64,000 bases of DNA from Lepidodermella squamata (GCA_047495785.1 JBLDXI010000042.1:434001-498000); one strand, 5' to 3'; counted from the first letter of the stretch, positions 1 through 12,619 are shown. The notes: generated by a model from the sequence alone, not told the origin. Translations and numbers: made by a program.

Positions 1-523
1 TTGATAACTCCTCGTAGAGCAGGCGTACCTGAGTAGATTGAAGAACAAGCAACAAGAAGTGAACGGCGGGGTTTGACGAATAAATGTTTGGCCAGCCAAG
101 TTTTGGATCATGAGTTTTTTCAAAAAAATGCGCTTAAAATTCAATTATATTGGGCAAAATTGTCAAATTTGTTGGAATTGTTGGAGTTGTAGTGAAAATT
201 TAAATTGTCAAATTTTAAAATTTCAATTTTCGAAAATCGAAATAATTAAATTTTCAAACTTCAATTTTCCAAAATCGAAAATGTTAGCTTATTTTACTTA
301 TATTACTGATTATTATGCTTACAAATATGTCGACTACAGCAGTTTGTTTTTCGGCCTTCGCCACTTCCAATGGCGTGAAGCCGTTTTTGAGCTTCGCGCT
401 CTCGAAAGCACCTTTGATTTGTGCGTTCTTATCAGCACCTTTAGAGAGCAAAAAGAGAACGGCGTCGACGTTCCCCCGACCAGACGCATAGAACAATGGC
501 GTGATGCCATCCTTAGCCGTAGC
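1..523. repeat. End of upstream copy of a 7,157-bp tandem duplication (matches 7158-7680)
   Basis: 1-523 reads the same as 7158-7680 (constant offset 7157; ORFs 110..541 and 7267..7704 share their translation up to the junction). Identity stops after ...CCTTAGCCGTAGC. Confidence 0.93.
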
Positions 524-1016
524 ATTTCCCAACTGATTTGATGAAATTTATCAGTCCGATATTCGTATTTTCCATCGGCATTTGAATTCGATAGATGTTG
601 GAATACAACGATCGTTGCGCTATGAAACCTGGCGCGGTGCAGCCATGCGTGAACATCGTGAAGAAATTCGCTTTAGCCGCGACGGCTACGTTACCGCAGC
701 CTGTGCTTGGCCCGACAACTATCGGAGCGACAGAGGATGAAGTCGAGTTTGAGAGGAAGTTCGCGAAGCTTGCGGCTGATTTTGTAGCTAGATAACCTTC
801 GTCACCAACAGCCATTGTCAGCTCGTAATTCGGTAGAATATCAGCCCGGGAATTGACTTCATCTATAACGATTTGCATCGAAGCTTGGCAAACAGCTGAT
901 GTGGACGGCTCCTGGCCTGTTTTCGCAAGCAATGTCAGTATCGAGAGCTGTTTTGGCTTAAGAAGCCCTGACGCTGCGCCAAGCGATACTGTCAAAAGTA
1001 AAACGCTCAATTTCAT
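513..1016 (-). pseudogene. 3'-truncated class C GPCR / Venus-flytrap (ANF-receptor) ectodomain fragment fused out of frame to ankyrin sequence
   Basis: ATG at 1016 gives signal peptide MKLSVLLLTVSLGAASG, then VFT motifs 'IVIDEVNSRADILPNYEL', 'IVVGPSTGC', 'LYSNIYR' like the paralog at 49.3-51.6 kb. Ends 3 codons past the junction at 523/524. Confidence 0.82.
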
Positions 1017-1235
1017 GTCAAGTGACAAAACTAGAAGTGACTTTTGAATTGAATTTATCTAAAGCTCTAGATGTGAAATTCGATCTTCCGTATCGGCTTC
1101 CTTCCGAATGGGCCTCATGCAGGAAGAACATGATGTTTTCAAGAATTGCACACGTGGTTCAATTCGATTTCCGCAAACGGACCTAAGATAAAAAAAACCT
1201 TGATCCAAAGTTGTTAACTGCTTTTATTCAATGAA

Positions 1236-3619
1236 TCACGCTCCACGCATCAGTCCGATGATAGGCGACTCAAACGCAACAGAAAACACGGTCGATACAA
1301 TGAAAGTTGATACAAGTGTACCTAAAAAGCCGTAAATCGCTGTTAAATCAGTTAGATGAATAGGGCGACGAGCTGATTGAATGAAGTACATTAAAACCAA
1401 AGGATGAATAAGATACGCGGCATAGGACAGGCGAGCTGGTAGCGCCCAGACCCGCCAGTTAAGCATCCAACCTATAATCCCGGCCTTATTCAAGGCACAA
1501 GCGATTACAATCCAACCTAAAGCTACACCCCAGGCAGTTCTTGCAAAGGCGTTGAAGATGCAATCCACCCAAATAGGGTCTATCCTATACCCAAGATACT
1601 GCCCATGAGGTCCGTAGATACCTGCGCCAATTGTGGTTAAACAGATGGCCCAGCCTATGATTTGAAGCCACTTACTACGGAAAATCTTGTCTAAGATAGG
1701 CCGATGTTTGACCAGAACGTGGCAAATCATTACCCCTGCGATATAAGGCCCTAGTCTCGTGTACGGTTTAACATAGTAAATCTCGTACTGGCGAACGTAG
1801 TCTTTCGGCTCTTCGTTGAATTCAATCAAAAGATCTTGGTAGTCATTAGGGGCGACATTGACAGCCGGTAGTCGGTAGATTGCGGTTAAAACCGCTGAGC
1901 TAACCATTTGAATGACTAACAAGGTCCAGCTTAACCCCCAACCGTAAACCGGCCATTTCTTGAAGGCGAAAACGATGAAGGGTAGGATTATGAATAGCTG
2001 CATGTCTACGGCTAGGTACCACGACCAGCCCACACAGGGTCTGATGAGGCGGTAGAAATTGTTGATGTACAGAATGTTAGACCACCAGTTCTCTTCACAG
2101 GGTCCGTCATTACCCTGGAAGTAGAATGGGCCGTTGCCTATATAAGCCCAAAGGCCGACATCTATCAAAATCATAGCGACGTAGGGTGGGGTAAGTCTGA
2201 TGTAGCGGTACAGATAAATGATTGGCAGCGAGCCAAAAAATTTACAGGTCTCGGCTGAAATTTTGCGACATAGCGACCAGTAACCCAAAAAGCCGGAGAG
2301 GAAGAAGAAAGAATCTACAGAGAAGTAGCCGTTGATTATAAACATATTGGTCCAGTAGTACGATAGGTAATTGATTTCAGTTAAATTGTCTATATCTGTT
2401 ATATGGTACAGGTACCAATGAGCTAGGATGACCCAGAACAAACTCAAGGATCGTATGGCGTTGATAGAGGCGAAATTTGGTTGGTGAAGAGCCAATTTAG
2501 GCAAAGGTTCACGATCTTCGGGCGGAATTTTCAAGAGTTTTTCCAAGTTAGCCAATGGGGAGAAACATAATAGAAGATCGGAAAAGTGACTCCTGATAGT
2601 GAGCTTCTTTTCATCGGGAATTTTTGCGCTTTTTTCTGGCTTCGGCGTGAATCTTCGGATCAGGTCGACGATGAAACCACACAGCAACAGAAATCCAACA
2701 ACAGATAAGCAAGTTCTGTTAAGCAAAAAGGTCAAATATTAAATTTCTCTCTAATATTCAAAATTTACTAAAATTATATTTTCAAAATTTTCGAATTTTT
2801 AAAAAATTAGTGAATTTATTAGAAAATTCAAAAATAAAGACTTTGAGTAGAATCCTTCTTTTGGATTAAAATAAAAAATATTGACTTATTTTACAATTTT
2901 TTCACTATTTTTCCTCGCTAAATCTTTCGTAACTTACATTGCGACATAGGTTGACGTTCTCAGTGGTATTTCTTGCTTTTGACAGTACGTCAAACCTGCC
3001 TCTGGTCCCATGTTCAATGGCTGTAGTACTGCAGTTAGAATTGCGTTCAAGCTCTCTTCATCGCATCTAGTTGACGCGCACATTCCAATGTAGAGACCCT
3101 CTGTCAGCTGCCACATTTGATCGTTGATGTACTCTGGCGCATCGATTCGGCCTACGGCGAAATAACAGTAATTCGGCGCTAGTTCGGTTTTGAATGGAGG
3201 TCGTTGCATTGGAGGGATACTCTGGCATTGGTCGAAATCTCCGTACCACCTTAAAGCACCAGAATTCATTCCAGAAGGTTTCTGGCCTGTAGAATCCTTA
3301 TCTGAAAATTCAGTAAAATTGTAGGATTTTTCAAATCGAACCTCGAAAATTCACAATTTTTCACCACTGGGAACTTGGTCTCGTTCGCAGTCAAGACCCA
3401 TCGGATGTCTTGAAAGCATTCGGTTGCTGAGTCCCGAACTTGCCCATTGTAATTCGATATCAGATCGAACACTGTGTGCCAATTGATCTCAAATGCGTAG
3501 TTTTTCCTCTGGCTTGAAAGCCGGTTCAAAGCTTGAAAATAGGACGTGCTGGGTGATAAATCATCATGCCCACCAGCCAAAATAGCTAGGGGGAAAAGCG
3601 CAAACCTTATCCATAGCAT
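1236..3619 (-). CDS. NRF-6 / O-acyltransferase-like protein (NRF domain + Acyl_transf_3); exons 3619-3355, 3301-2938, 2715-1236
   Basis: Signal peptide; splicing restores 'YKDSTGQKPSGMNSGALRWYGDFDQC' (NRF domain). Acyltransferase-3 motifs 'INAIRSLSLFWVILAH', 'SVDSFFFLSGFL', 'RYIRLTPPY', 'WSWYLAVDMQ', 'SYAAYLIH'. Phase-compatible GT-AG introns. Confidence 0.93.
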
Positions 3620-3892
3620 ATTTGTGATACTAAGCAGAATTTTTCCCTAGGTTCTCCATAGCTTCCTGTTTTATCGCTACCCATGAACCCAGAGTAAGTA
3701 CTAATTAATTGAGATAACGAGAGTAATTATAGCCGTGGGAAAATGATATTATTGCGATAAGTTCAATTTTCCGATTCTTAACCTCACTGAGTAGTGATTC
3801 ATCTTTTCGGGCATGTTTTGAATTCAAATTAGGAGTTTAGAAATGCGAGACTATCGGATCATGATGCTTGGGGTAGACTTTATTCCGAAACT

Positions 3893-4198
3893 ATGGCCAA
3901 CAGTTCTGTACTCATTTCTGTATCCCTTCTGCTTCTGATTGAGCTGGCTCTCGGCTGCTGGCCCGGCTACAACGATTTCGGCATTTCTTGTCCAGAAGGT
4001 TGTGAGTACAATGCGAACAAGGACGTTTGCAACTGCCCGGATGATGTGAGCCGAATCCTAATGGCCCGGCCTGTATGCAAGCCAAACTGCTCTTGGTCGC
4101 CAAGTCTGGGCCGCTGTAAATGCAACGTTGCGCGTGGACGCTGCCGTCCGCCTTGTTGGTGGAGCGCTACTGAATGGCAATGCATTTGCCAAAGATGA
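3893..4198 (+). CDS. Small secreted Cys-rich protein with three C-x3-C-x-[WY]-x6-C-x-C modules
   Basis: Signal peptide MANSSVLISVSLLLLIELALG; modules CPEGCEYNANKDVCNC, CKPNCSWSPSLGRCKC, CRPPCWWSATEWQCIC; AATAAA near 4292. Confidence 0.85.
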   Translation: MANSSVLISVSLLLLIELALGCWPGYNDFGISCPEGCEYNANKDVCNCPDDVSRILMARPVCKPNCSWSPSLGRCKCNVARGRCRPPCWWSATEWQCICQR

Positions 4199-4705
4199 GA
4201 AGCCCTGAATATAAATAACCGCTTTTTCATCCTGAAAGTCACCATCAAACTAAGCTATAGACTATGAAATATCGGAAACTCCTGCAAAACTAATAAAAGG
4301 CTTTCAGTTCAAATGTATTTTGGTGGATTTTGGTATCAATTATGATTGAGTTTACTGAGATTTACGCTCACTTCAGCAAATTTTGAAATGTCCTCTTGGA
4401 CGTAGGTATGCCTTGATCCTTGACATTGACACGATTTCTGAACCGTTGCCATCAGATGACAGAGAAAGGGCGGTCTCTGAGAGATGACAGATCGATTAAA
4501 GTCCTCAATCGCCAAAATTCTAAAAGTTCGCAATGCTATAGCGATTCCCGCGATTTTTCAGCTTTGAATTACTAATCCCTCATTTTTCATTTCTGATTCT
4601 AATACTATTATGAGGCATATCATGATGCTAGTCACGCTTCGTGGTTGATTAAATTTACCATGCTTATACACCCAGACGCCCGTGTTTGTTAAGCTGTGAA
4701 CACAA

Positions 4706-5023
4706 ATGAATTTCTTGCTTTTCCAACTTTGTTTTGCCGCTGTGGTCGTCAACGTGGCGATTTGTCAATACGACTACGGCAACAATTTGAATTACAACAT
4801 CGAGTATGGCGCCGCGCGGTGTGCGAATGGCTGCACGTGGTTCATAGATACTGGCAAATGTGATTGTTCCGCCTTGCCGCAAACTGGCCGATTTGCGGGC
4901 CGACGTCGACCCGTCATTAAGGGGTGGCGGGGCCCTCCTCCAGGCGGCTGTCGCCCCGAGGGCTGCAGATGGTCGACCGTGAATGCCAGGTGCATGTGCG
5001 GACGATTCATCGGCAGCTACTAG
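4706..5023 (+). CDS. Small secreted Cys-rich protein, paralog of 3893-4198, with two modules and a basic linker
   Basis: Signal peptide; modules CANGCTWFIDTGKCDC and CRPEGCRWSTVNARCMC; GRRR linker; AATAAA at ~5033. Confidence 0.85.
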   Translation: MNFLLFQLCFAAVVVNVAICQYDYGNNLNYNIEYGAARCANGCTWFIDTGKCDCSALPQTGRFAGRRRPVIKGWRGPPPGGCRPEGCRWSTVNARCMCGRFIGSY

Positions 5024-5573
5024 ATCTTCGGTAATAAATAAAACGGCATCGCTGACCTTCATCTTGATGCGAGGTCTGAAATGATCCAATCTGGCAAAGC
5101 TGTGTTTAACATTGAACAAATATGATGTCGCAAACCACATACAGCCGAAAAATGAAGATTTTTCAGCTTGAAAGCCATTCGAGTTTCTATATATTGCCAG
5201 TTCCGGTTTCATTTACGCTTTCCATTCGAATTGCGACGAATCCATGGCGAGGCTGGACTAAGCGATCTCCCGTTGAAGCCTCGCAAATACTTGAAGGGAA
5301 TGTGCCAACCCGAATGCCCAGTTGAAAATCCAACACACCCACACACAACCATAGGCTCCGTATAGAGGAATTATGAATATTTCTGAAACCCTCTTTGCCG
5401 CCTCAGGAGAGACTGAAGAGTAATTTTGAATAGCGCGAATAATTAGGGGCATTAATTACGCAAACGTGGTACTCATGATACATTTCAGCAGCCGTTTCCA
5501 GATTGTCACGTGACATCGCCCTGCATGTGATAGATTGCAGCAGTCACCTCATCACTTTCCTCTCTGGCCTGAT

Positions 5574-5910
5574 TTAATGATCTGCTGGTCCGCAATATCT
5601 CACTTTTATAGCTCTTTTGGCCGTCCGCTACGCCCATACGCCTTTGCCTCCATTTAGCCTGGTGCATTCCTCACGGGCCTCTGCTTCGCGACCGTGACCT
5701 TTGGGGAAGCAAACTGTGTTCGTCTTGCTTTTGATTGTGATTGTTTTTCACTCGCCAGGCCAGCCCTTTCCATCAAAGCATGAACCACTAGAGTAGCCTT
5801 AACTAGAGTAGAGTTGGATAACACGTGAAATCAATGGAGAATTAAATCTTGCATGCAAATTGTATCTTACGAATTACGAAAGGGGCAATGATTAAAACAA
5901 GCTTAGCCGT
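5574..5910 (-). pseudogene. MAKL-family peptide precursor pseudogene (paralog of 14054-14396)
   Basis: Start ATG->ACG (5910). Exon 2 reads CFDGKGWPGE*KTITIKSKTNTVCFPKGHG-REAEAREE-CTRLNGGKGVWA*RTAKRAIKVRYCGPADH with premature stops at 5748-5750 and 5628-5630. 3'-UTR stem-loop retained. Confidence 0.85.
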
Positions 5911-6306
5911 GATGTTTCGAGAGTTTTCCACGGTGGTGAAATTCGAACTCAATCAGCGAACTTCGAACCACATGCGAGCGAAAGTAGCAGAAATGTGTGG
6001 TTTCAGGCTCAAGATTGTATAGCTGAAAGTTCCGAGAGTGGTAAACATGAGCCCCAGGTCGGGCCTGTCCATGGGTAGCCTTTGAGGGATCAGAGACCAC
6101 AGCCTAAGAATGACGCAAGAAGTTTGAAAATCCCTGTAACAGAGGCTTCTGTTTCTAATAAAAAGGTCTCCGAGTTAAAAAAAAGATTTCTGATTTATTT
6201 CTAGTAATACTGTGACGGTAATAATATAGTGGCATTACGATAGGTTATGATGTAGTTGAATTCTGCTTTTCCTTAACTTGAATGTTTTTTCGTTGAGATG
6301 CCGTGT

Positions 6307-8154
6307 TCAGCATTCAGCAAGTTCATTGGCCCGAGTTGCACCTCGCGCCGTCAGCAGTTCCGCAATTTCGGCATGGTCACGACAAATCGCCAGGTCGAGC
6401 TCAGATCTCCCTTCGCTATCAATAATCTGCGCATTTGCACCGCGCTCCAACAACAGGCGTACGACCTCGACGCGCCCATTGTAGACCGCCATGGTCAACG
6501 CCGTCCAGCCATCCTTAGTCGTAACCTCCATGTTCGCGCCTTTGTCCAACAACAGACGAACTAGCTCCAGTTTGTCATTAGCGGCCGCCTTCATCAAAGC
6601 CGTCCTGCCGTAGATATCCTGGACGCCGATGTTCGCGCCGCGCTCCAGCAACAGCTGTGTCGTCTCGGCGTACCCATAGTTGGCTGCCCATAACAACGCC
6701 GTCCAGCCTGTGGGATCCGTGGCCTCGATGTTGGCACCACGGTCCAGTAATAGACGCACAACCCCGGCATTTTTGGCCGCTATAATCAACACCGGGTGCC
6801 CATTGTACTCTGCCTTGGCATCGATGCTCGCGTTGCGCTCGACCAGCAGTCGCGCTACTTCGAGATGCCCCTGGTCGGCCGCCAGCATCAACGGCGTCAA
6901 GCCGCGGTCTTCCACGGCATCGAACTCCGCCCCGCGATCAGCGAGCAGCTGAATAATTTCCAGCCGTTGCTCTGGTTCGCGCGTCACGCACTGAGTTAAG
7001 CGGTGAAGCAGAGTACCGTTTCTAATCCAGAACGAGGGACAATATTGGTGTAGCCTGGGATCTCGCCAGTTCGGGTCGAAGTTGTCGTCGGTTGCCGCGT
7101 CGATGGCCGCCACAAGTCGCCGCGCCTCAGTCACGTTCAGGGCCTCGCCAACTGCCGTTGATAACTCCTCGTAGAGCAGGCGTACCTGAGTAGATTGAAG
7201 AACAAGCAACAAGAAGTGAACGGCGGGGTTTGACGAATAAATGTTTGGCCAGCCAAGTTTTGGATCATGAGTTTTTTCAAAAAAATGCGCTTAAAATTCA
7301 ATTATATTGGGCAAAATTGTCAAATTTGTTGGAATTGTTGGAGTTGTAGTGAAAATTTAAATTGTCAAATTTTAAAATTTCAATTTTCGAAAATCGAAAT
7401 AATTAAATTTTCAAACTTCAATTTTCCAAAATCGAAAATGTTAGCTTATTTTACTTATATTACTGATTATTATGCTTACAAATATGTCGACTACAGCAGT
7501 TTGTTTTTCGGCCTTCGCCACTTCCAATGGCGTGAAGCCGTTTTTGAGCTTCGCGCTCTCGAAAGCACCTTTGATTTGTGCGTTCTTATCAGCACCTTTA
7601 GAGAGCAAAAAGAGAACGGCGTCGACGTTCCCCCGACCAGACGCATAGAACAATGGCGTGATGCCATCCTTAGCCGTAGCCTCGATGTTCGCCTTGTGCT
7701 CTAGCAACAAGCGTATAACGTCGACGTTTCCGCTGTAGGCCGCCTGATGCAACGCCGTGAAGCCATCTGTATTGGCATCGATGCTCGCGTTGCGCTCGAG
7801 CAGCAGCCTCACTGCTTCGACGTGCCCATTCGCGGACGCCGACATCAACGCCGTCCAGCGTGAGTTACCTTCCTTCGCATTGACATCAGCACCACGATCA
7901 ATGTAAAGCTGAGCGATTTCTAGCCGCTGCTCAGCTTGCCGTGACGCTTCTGCACATTGCATCAAGCGGTGAAGTAGCGTGCCGTCTTGTAGGTAGAATG
8001 GATGTTCGCATGTGTTGTGTGAGTATGGATCGATCCAGTTGGCGTCGAACTGGCCGTTTGACGCTGTGTCGATCTCTTCCACGAGTCGCTTCACTTCAGT
8101 CACGTTCAGAGTCTCCCCACTTGCGGTAGACAATTGCTCATAGAGCTCATGAAT
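6307..8154 (-). CDS. Ankyrin-repeat protein made of two tandem homologous units (exons 8154-7480 and 7185-6307); 5' exon not resolved
   Basis: Many G-x-T-[PA]-L-[HM]-x-A-A...LL-x-x-GA repeats. The two ORF-track ORFs join in frame through a phase-0 GTAAGC...CTCAG intron (7479-7186); both units start with an 'LYE[EQ]LSTA.GE.LNVTE..RLV' helix. Confidence 0.85.
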
Positions 8155-8193
8155 CTGTGTAGGGAGAAACAGAAATCCAAGATAAGTAAGCAC

Positions 8194-9516
8194 CATAGAG
8201 AACGTAGTGATCAGAGTGCGCACTCACGCTTTTTTCTTGAAACAAAAATTTTTTTTGTGTGTGCGCGCATCTTTTTTGAAAACATGCATGTTTTACAGTG
8301 TAATCTTGTGTTTTTCAACATTTTTCCGCGGAAATAGGCCGTCCAGTATTTTATGTCAAGTGACACCTTCCGAATAATTCAAACCTGCTCTTTCATGTAA
8401 TAATGGCCGCTTATTGCCGAAAATTACCTGTCCTGGCGATTTCCCAATGGATATCGAATTGCCCCCTATGAGGTCGTCCTCACTCACTTAGCTATTAGCA
8501 GTTACTAGTAACTACCAATGTCCCGGTTTGGATACTGTAAGATTCTTCATGAAACACGCTTTCCGCAGATATATAAAACTCATACTTTTGGCCACGCTAT
8601 GCGTGCAAAATGAGCCTTGAACTTCAGCGCATTTTATTCTGATTTTTCGGAGCAATTGAAAATTGAGCTTTGAAAGTTAAATATTTCTTCAGCGATTTTT
8701 CAGTTTTTATTACAAAGCGTGCTGAGTTCGTTGTTTAGCCTTCCTGAACTAATTTTACATGAGCTTTTCAAATATTTCGGTTTCAGACCTATAACTCGCT
8801 TCCATTATCGGCAAAAACGGGGGAATCTAATGTGGCAACTGAATCTTGGGAAACTTCCAATTTCAGGTTCCTGTGGAGGCACTGGTATAACTTGGTCTGC
8901 TGTTTTGAGCTTTCAGCTAGATTCCTCACCTTCAAATATCCTAAATGAGATTCAACTGAGTGCGTGAGGTTATCATTAGTGTGTGCAGTGAAGCAAATTA
9001 CGAGTGTATGCCAATAATTCAGATTTTTGAGAGCGCATTTCGAAAATTTGCATTTTTGGTCGAAGAATTTTTGAGACTGTGTTTCTCGACAACCATGATA
9101 GCTACGAACGCCGTTCAGATATCAATTTACTCCTTGTGCCTTGATCTTTGCAATAACAATAAAATTTCACCTGATTAACGCTTCTGATAAGGTGGATAGC
9201 TCGTTTTTCGGTGCAACAGGTCGCTAACGTGTTTGCATTTGTAAGTCGGAGAACTCATGATACGAAAATTTCGGCATGGTGGGATTTTCAGGAAGCGATA
9301 GAGCGAGAAAGGATCTACGTGATGCATATAATGAGAAAGAAAAATAAAACGGCCGATTTCAAGTAAAAATCATCGAAAAAATCAAAATTTGCATGTAAAA
9401 GTGCTATCCAAGGTTGTCGAAAAATTCGGCATTTAGAATTAGGGAGGGGTTTTTCATTTATTTTTTGTTTCAATTTAGCATCGTGAGTGCGCACTCTGAT
9501 CACTACGTTCTCTATG
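8194..9516. mobile_element. Non-autonomous DNA transposon, ~35-bp TIRs, 8-bp TSD (P-element- or hAT-like)
   Basis: TIR CATAGAGAACGTAGTGATCAGAGTGCGCACTCACG at both ends; TSD GTAAGCAC at 8186-8193 and 9517-9524; lies just upstream of the ankyrin acceptor site. Confidence 0.9.
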
Positions 9517-11188
9517 GTAAGCACTAACTAGGATTCAGTGCGAGATCTCGAGCTCTCTTCACCCGAGTTTGCGGGGAAATACGCAATGAAAATCATGATC
9601 CAGAAGTTTGAATATTAAAATCGAAATTAAAATGTAGGACAATTTTCAAATTTTGAAGTTCTGTGCAATTCAATTTCAGTTTCAGACTCTGTACAATTTA
9701 GAGTTTCGAAATTTCGATTTTCATTTTGATTATATGTCGATCAATCGATTGGGAAATGTTGGGTGTAGGGCTTTGGGTTAGGGCGACGTTAGGTTTGGGG
9801 TTAGAGTTAAGGGGGTCGCTATGCATCGAATCGAAGGTTTCAGGAGGTTTCAAATGTGAATACGCACAACTATTTCCCTGGCTAATTCGTAGACATGGAA
9901 TACATCTTGTCACTCAACCTAGCAGATCTAGTAGGCTATAGCAGCTAGGTTACCGATCTACTGCAGTCATATCCGGCCCAGCCTGCTGCACACTTGCAAG
10001 TATTAGGAGCGTAGCAGAAGCCTCCATTCGAGCAATTCTGCTTGCATGTAGCTGAAGAGAATTGAAAACGATGAATTTGCATCAAGAAACACACAGGCAC
10101 TTACGTAGTCTGCTCTGTATCGCATCTGCAGTCGATTCGAGCTTTTCCAGCTCTGATGTTCAATGAGAATACATTTTTGGACGGAATCCATGAAATAATT
10201 ACTTTCGGATATTAAATAAAGCAGGTCTTCCAAATCTAAAGAGTGGCATGAAAGTCAGTGTGTTTGCCGCCGGAAACCGGAATAGCTCACGTTTCGAAAT
10301 TGATTTATCCGCGGAAAGCAGAATGCCCAGTTCTTGAAAGCAAAAAAGTCATTTCGAAAGTGTTTTTGATAGATGTCGTTGAGTTTCGTTGTTTTCAACC
10401 TTTCAAAACGATCGCTAAAGGATAGGCTTAGGTGTCTGGGTAAGGCTTAGGGGATAGGCAGGGCGTAACCAGCTGGTTTTCGGTGTTCAAATAACCACCA
10501 GAATGAAAACTCAAAAACCCCAAGCGTGGAGGCAATATTGTCTGTAAAATTGTCAAACCTTTTCTCGCCTCGCTCGAAATCCCAATATTGTCAATATTTC
10601 CTACTGAAAATCGGCAGTCGTCGACCTTGGATTCTCCTGGGAAAAATGAAAGATTCGCTCTTAGATCCATAAAAACTACCAACAACATTGCCTTGTTACT
10701 GGTTACGCCCATAGAGGTCGGCTTAGGTTTTTGGCAGGGTATGGTTGGGGTGAGGATTAGGTTTATTATGGCTTTCTAGCTGTAGCCTTTCCTTGATGTA
10801 TATATTATGGTATAGAGCATCCAAAGCATCCAAAGTAGAAACAGAAAAAAGTCAATATTTTTCTGTTTCCAATTTCGGAACGCAAGAAACAAGAAATAAT
10901 TAGAGAAAAAATGTCTGAGGAATAACATACGCTGTTTTATTGGGACCTCAAGGGAAATGGAGACCGCATTTCCAGCGCAACACATTGCAACGAAAGCAAA
11001 TGTTAACAGGGATGAAGAATGCATTGTTAACCAGCTCCCTAACTGTAGCGATGGAGTAGAGTGAACGATGAAAGTGAAAAACCTAAATCAAAGACATGAA
11101 AAGCATTCTCACATATATTAAGTATTCTTCTGTATGTGGCTGTAACTTAAAGCGGAACTTTTCCTCGCATCCTATATCCCTGTATTTC

Positions 11189-11263
11189 GTTAGTAAAAAT
11201 TAACGCGTTTATTGCGGTTATTTGCTATATAGCCTTAGAAAAAACGCGTTAATTTCTACTAAC
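11189..11263. repeat. Small palindrome / mini-MITE
   Basis: Arms GTTAGTAAAAATTAACGCGTTT ... AAACGCGTTAATTTCTACTAAC. Confidence 0.65.
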
Positions 11264-12098
11264 AAGATTTGCTCTAAAATTGTAATTCGTACATCCTATA
11301 TATATACCTCACTAAAATGTTTTCACCGAAATTTGATCCACCATAGGATTCTTTTATTAATTCTAACGCGCACGCCAATGCGCAAATATCGGCACGTGGC
11401 ATCCGCCTTAAATATGAAAAAATGGTAGCCAGCAATGAAGCGCAACGTGGTAGCTTCAATTAGGTACACTGCTAATTCACAATCTACAGCTGCCAAAACG
11501 ACGGCAAGATAATTTATGCCGTTCCATGTCCGTTGCTCAAACCTGATAGAGGCAGCACTTGAATTTAAATTACAAAAATTACACTGAGCCAACTGATGTT
11601 CCACCTAGTGTTCCAAAGGGATCCGTGTGTTAGGTCCTATTTTATTCCTAATAGCGTTATCCGGTACAATTTTGAGCACCACCTACGCGAATTTCTGTGT
11701 AAATTCGGCACATGCGATTTCGGTTCATATTTTCAAGTTTCTGGCCGATTCGTATCATTCATCGCGGACTACACGTTCATATTCCTCATCTCTTGATTCT
11801 ATTTTTTGTCAACTTAACTAACTGTTTATAACACAGTTGTGCACAGTTTATCAAACCCTAGCAAATCCATTGTCTTTTTTTACAGCTGAGCTTTTCCACT
11901 TTTTCTAAAAACGGATGAATGGCTCTTAAATAAATAAATAAATATTAGCTCCTGCAGGTTTTATTCATTCATTATAGCAAAGCGCAAAATGGGTAAATAT
12001 CAGCAACCTTGTGCAGATGATAGTTGTGTGACATCGCTCTGCCTGCAACGCAGCAGTCACCTCATCCCTCCATTTCGGCCGATTTTCCCCGATAGAAT

Positions 12099-12615
12099 TC
12101 ACTTTCCTATGGCCTCGCAAATCCTTTCCGTCCGACGTATAGGAAAAAAGGAAATGTCGCGCGTTTTCCATTCACCTTTCTGGCCATATCCGTTCGTACA
12201 TTCCTTGGGAGGAGCTGGTGTTTCCTGGTGATCGGCAGAATATTGCATGCATTCACCTCGCCTATTACGATAGACGCAATGACGGGCCGCTTCTTCCGGT
12301 TGTGACTCTGCTTCGCGTGGCTTGGGAGGCTTGACGCAAAATGTATGTTTGCCGCCATATTTGTCTGTGTACGTTTTAACTACACCTTTCTCGCGTGCCT
12401 TGTTTTCACATTCTCCGCCATCTCCCGGCGCCGGTTGGGATTCAACTTTGGTAGATTTGGCTGCTGTGCCGCCTTTGCCCGCTCTTACACCGTAAACTGC
12501 TGCGACAACAAACGCAGCCTGTTGAGAAAGACATGCGAAATCAGAGGAGAATGAATAAAAGATACTGCATATTCCAACTTACGATAAAAGCGATCATTAA
12601 AACAAGCTTCGCCAT
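12099..12615 (-). CDS. MAKL-family secreted multi-peptide precursor, 150 aa (exons 12615-12583, 12518-12099)
   Basis: MAKLVLMIAFI|AAFVVAAVYG-VRAGKGGTAAKSTKVESQPAPGDGGE-CENKAREKGVVKTYTDKYGGKHTFC-VKPPKP-REAESQPEEAAR-HCVYRNRRGECMQYSADHQETPAPPKE-CTNGYGQKGEWKTRDISFFPIRRTERIC-EAIGK*. GTAAGT...CAACAG phase-0 intron; AATAAA downstream. Confidence 0.9.
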
Positions 12616-12619
12616 GATA

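Noticed and set aside
110-541. 143/145-aa plus-strand ORFs (also 7267-7704)
   Set aside because: Antisense to an ankyrin exon and running through an AT-rich intron.
10020-10145. Dispersed similarity to 32350-32465 (and 29460-29580 to 32058-32205)
   Set aside because: Old degenerate repeats with no termini or ORF that could be assigned.
9760-10765. Degenerate TTAGG(G)-like tracts at ~9760-9815, ~10425-10460 and ~10720-10765
   Set aside because: Too short and degenerate for interstitial telomeres; more likely repeat-element remnants.
10776-11024. ORF with a signal-peptide-like N-terminus (MHSSSLLTFAFVAMCCAGNA)
   Set aside because: No convincing in-phase second exon could be built; possible gene but unsupported.
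11323-11870. Coding-like minus-strand remnant
   Set aside because: Multiple stops upstream and no recognisable motif.
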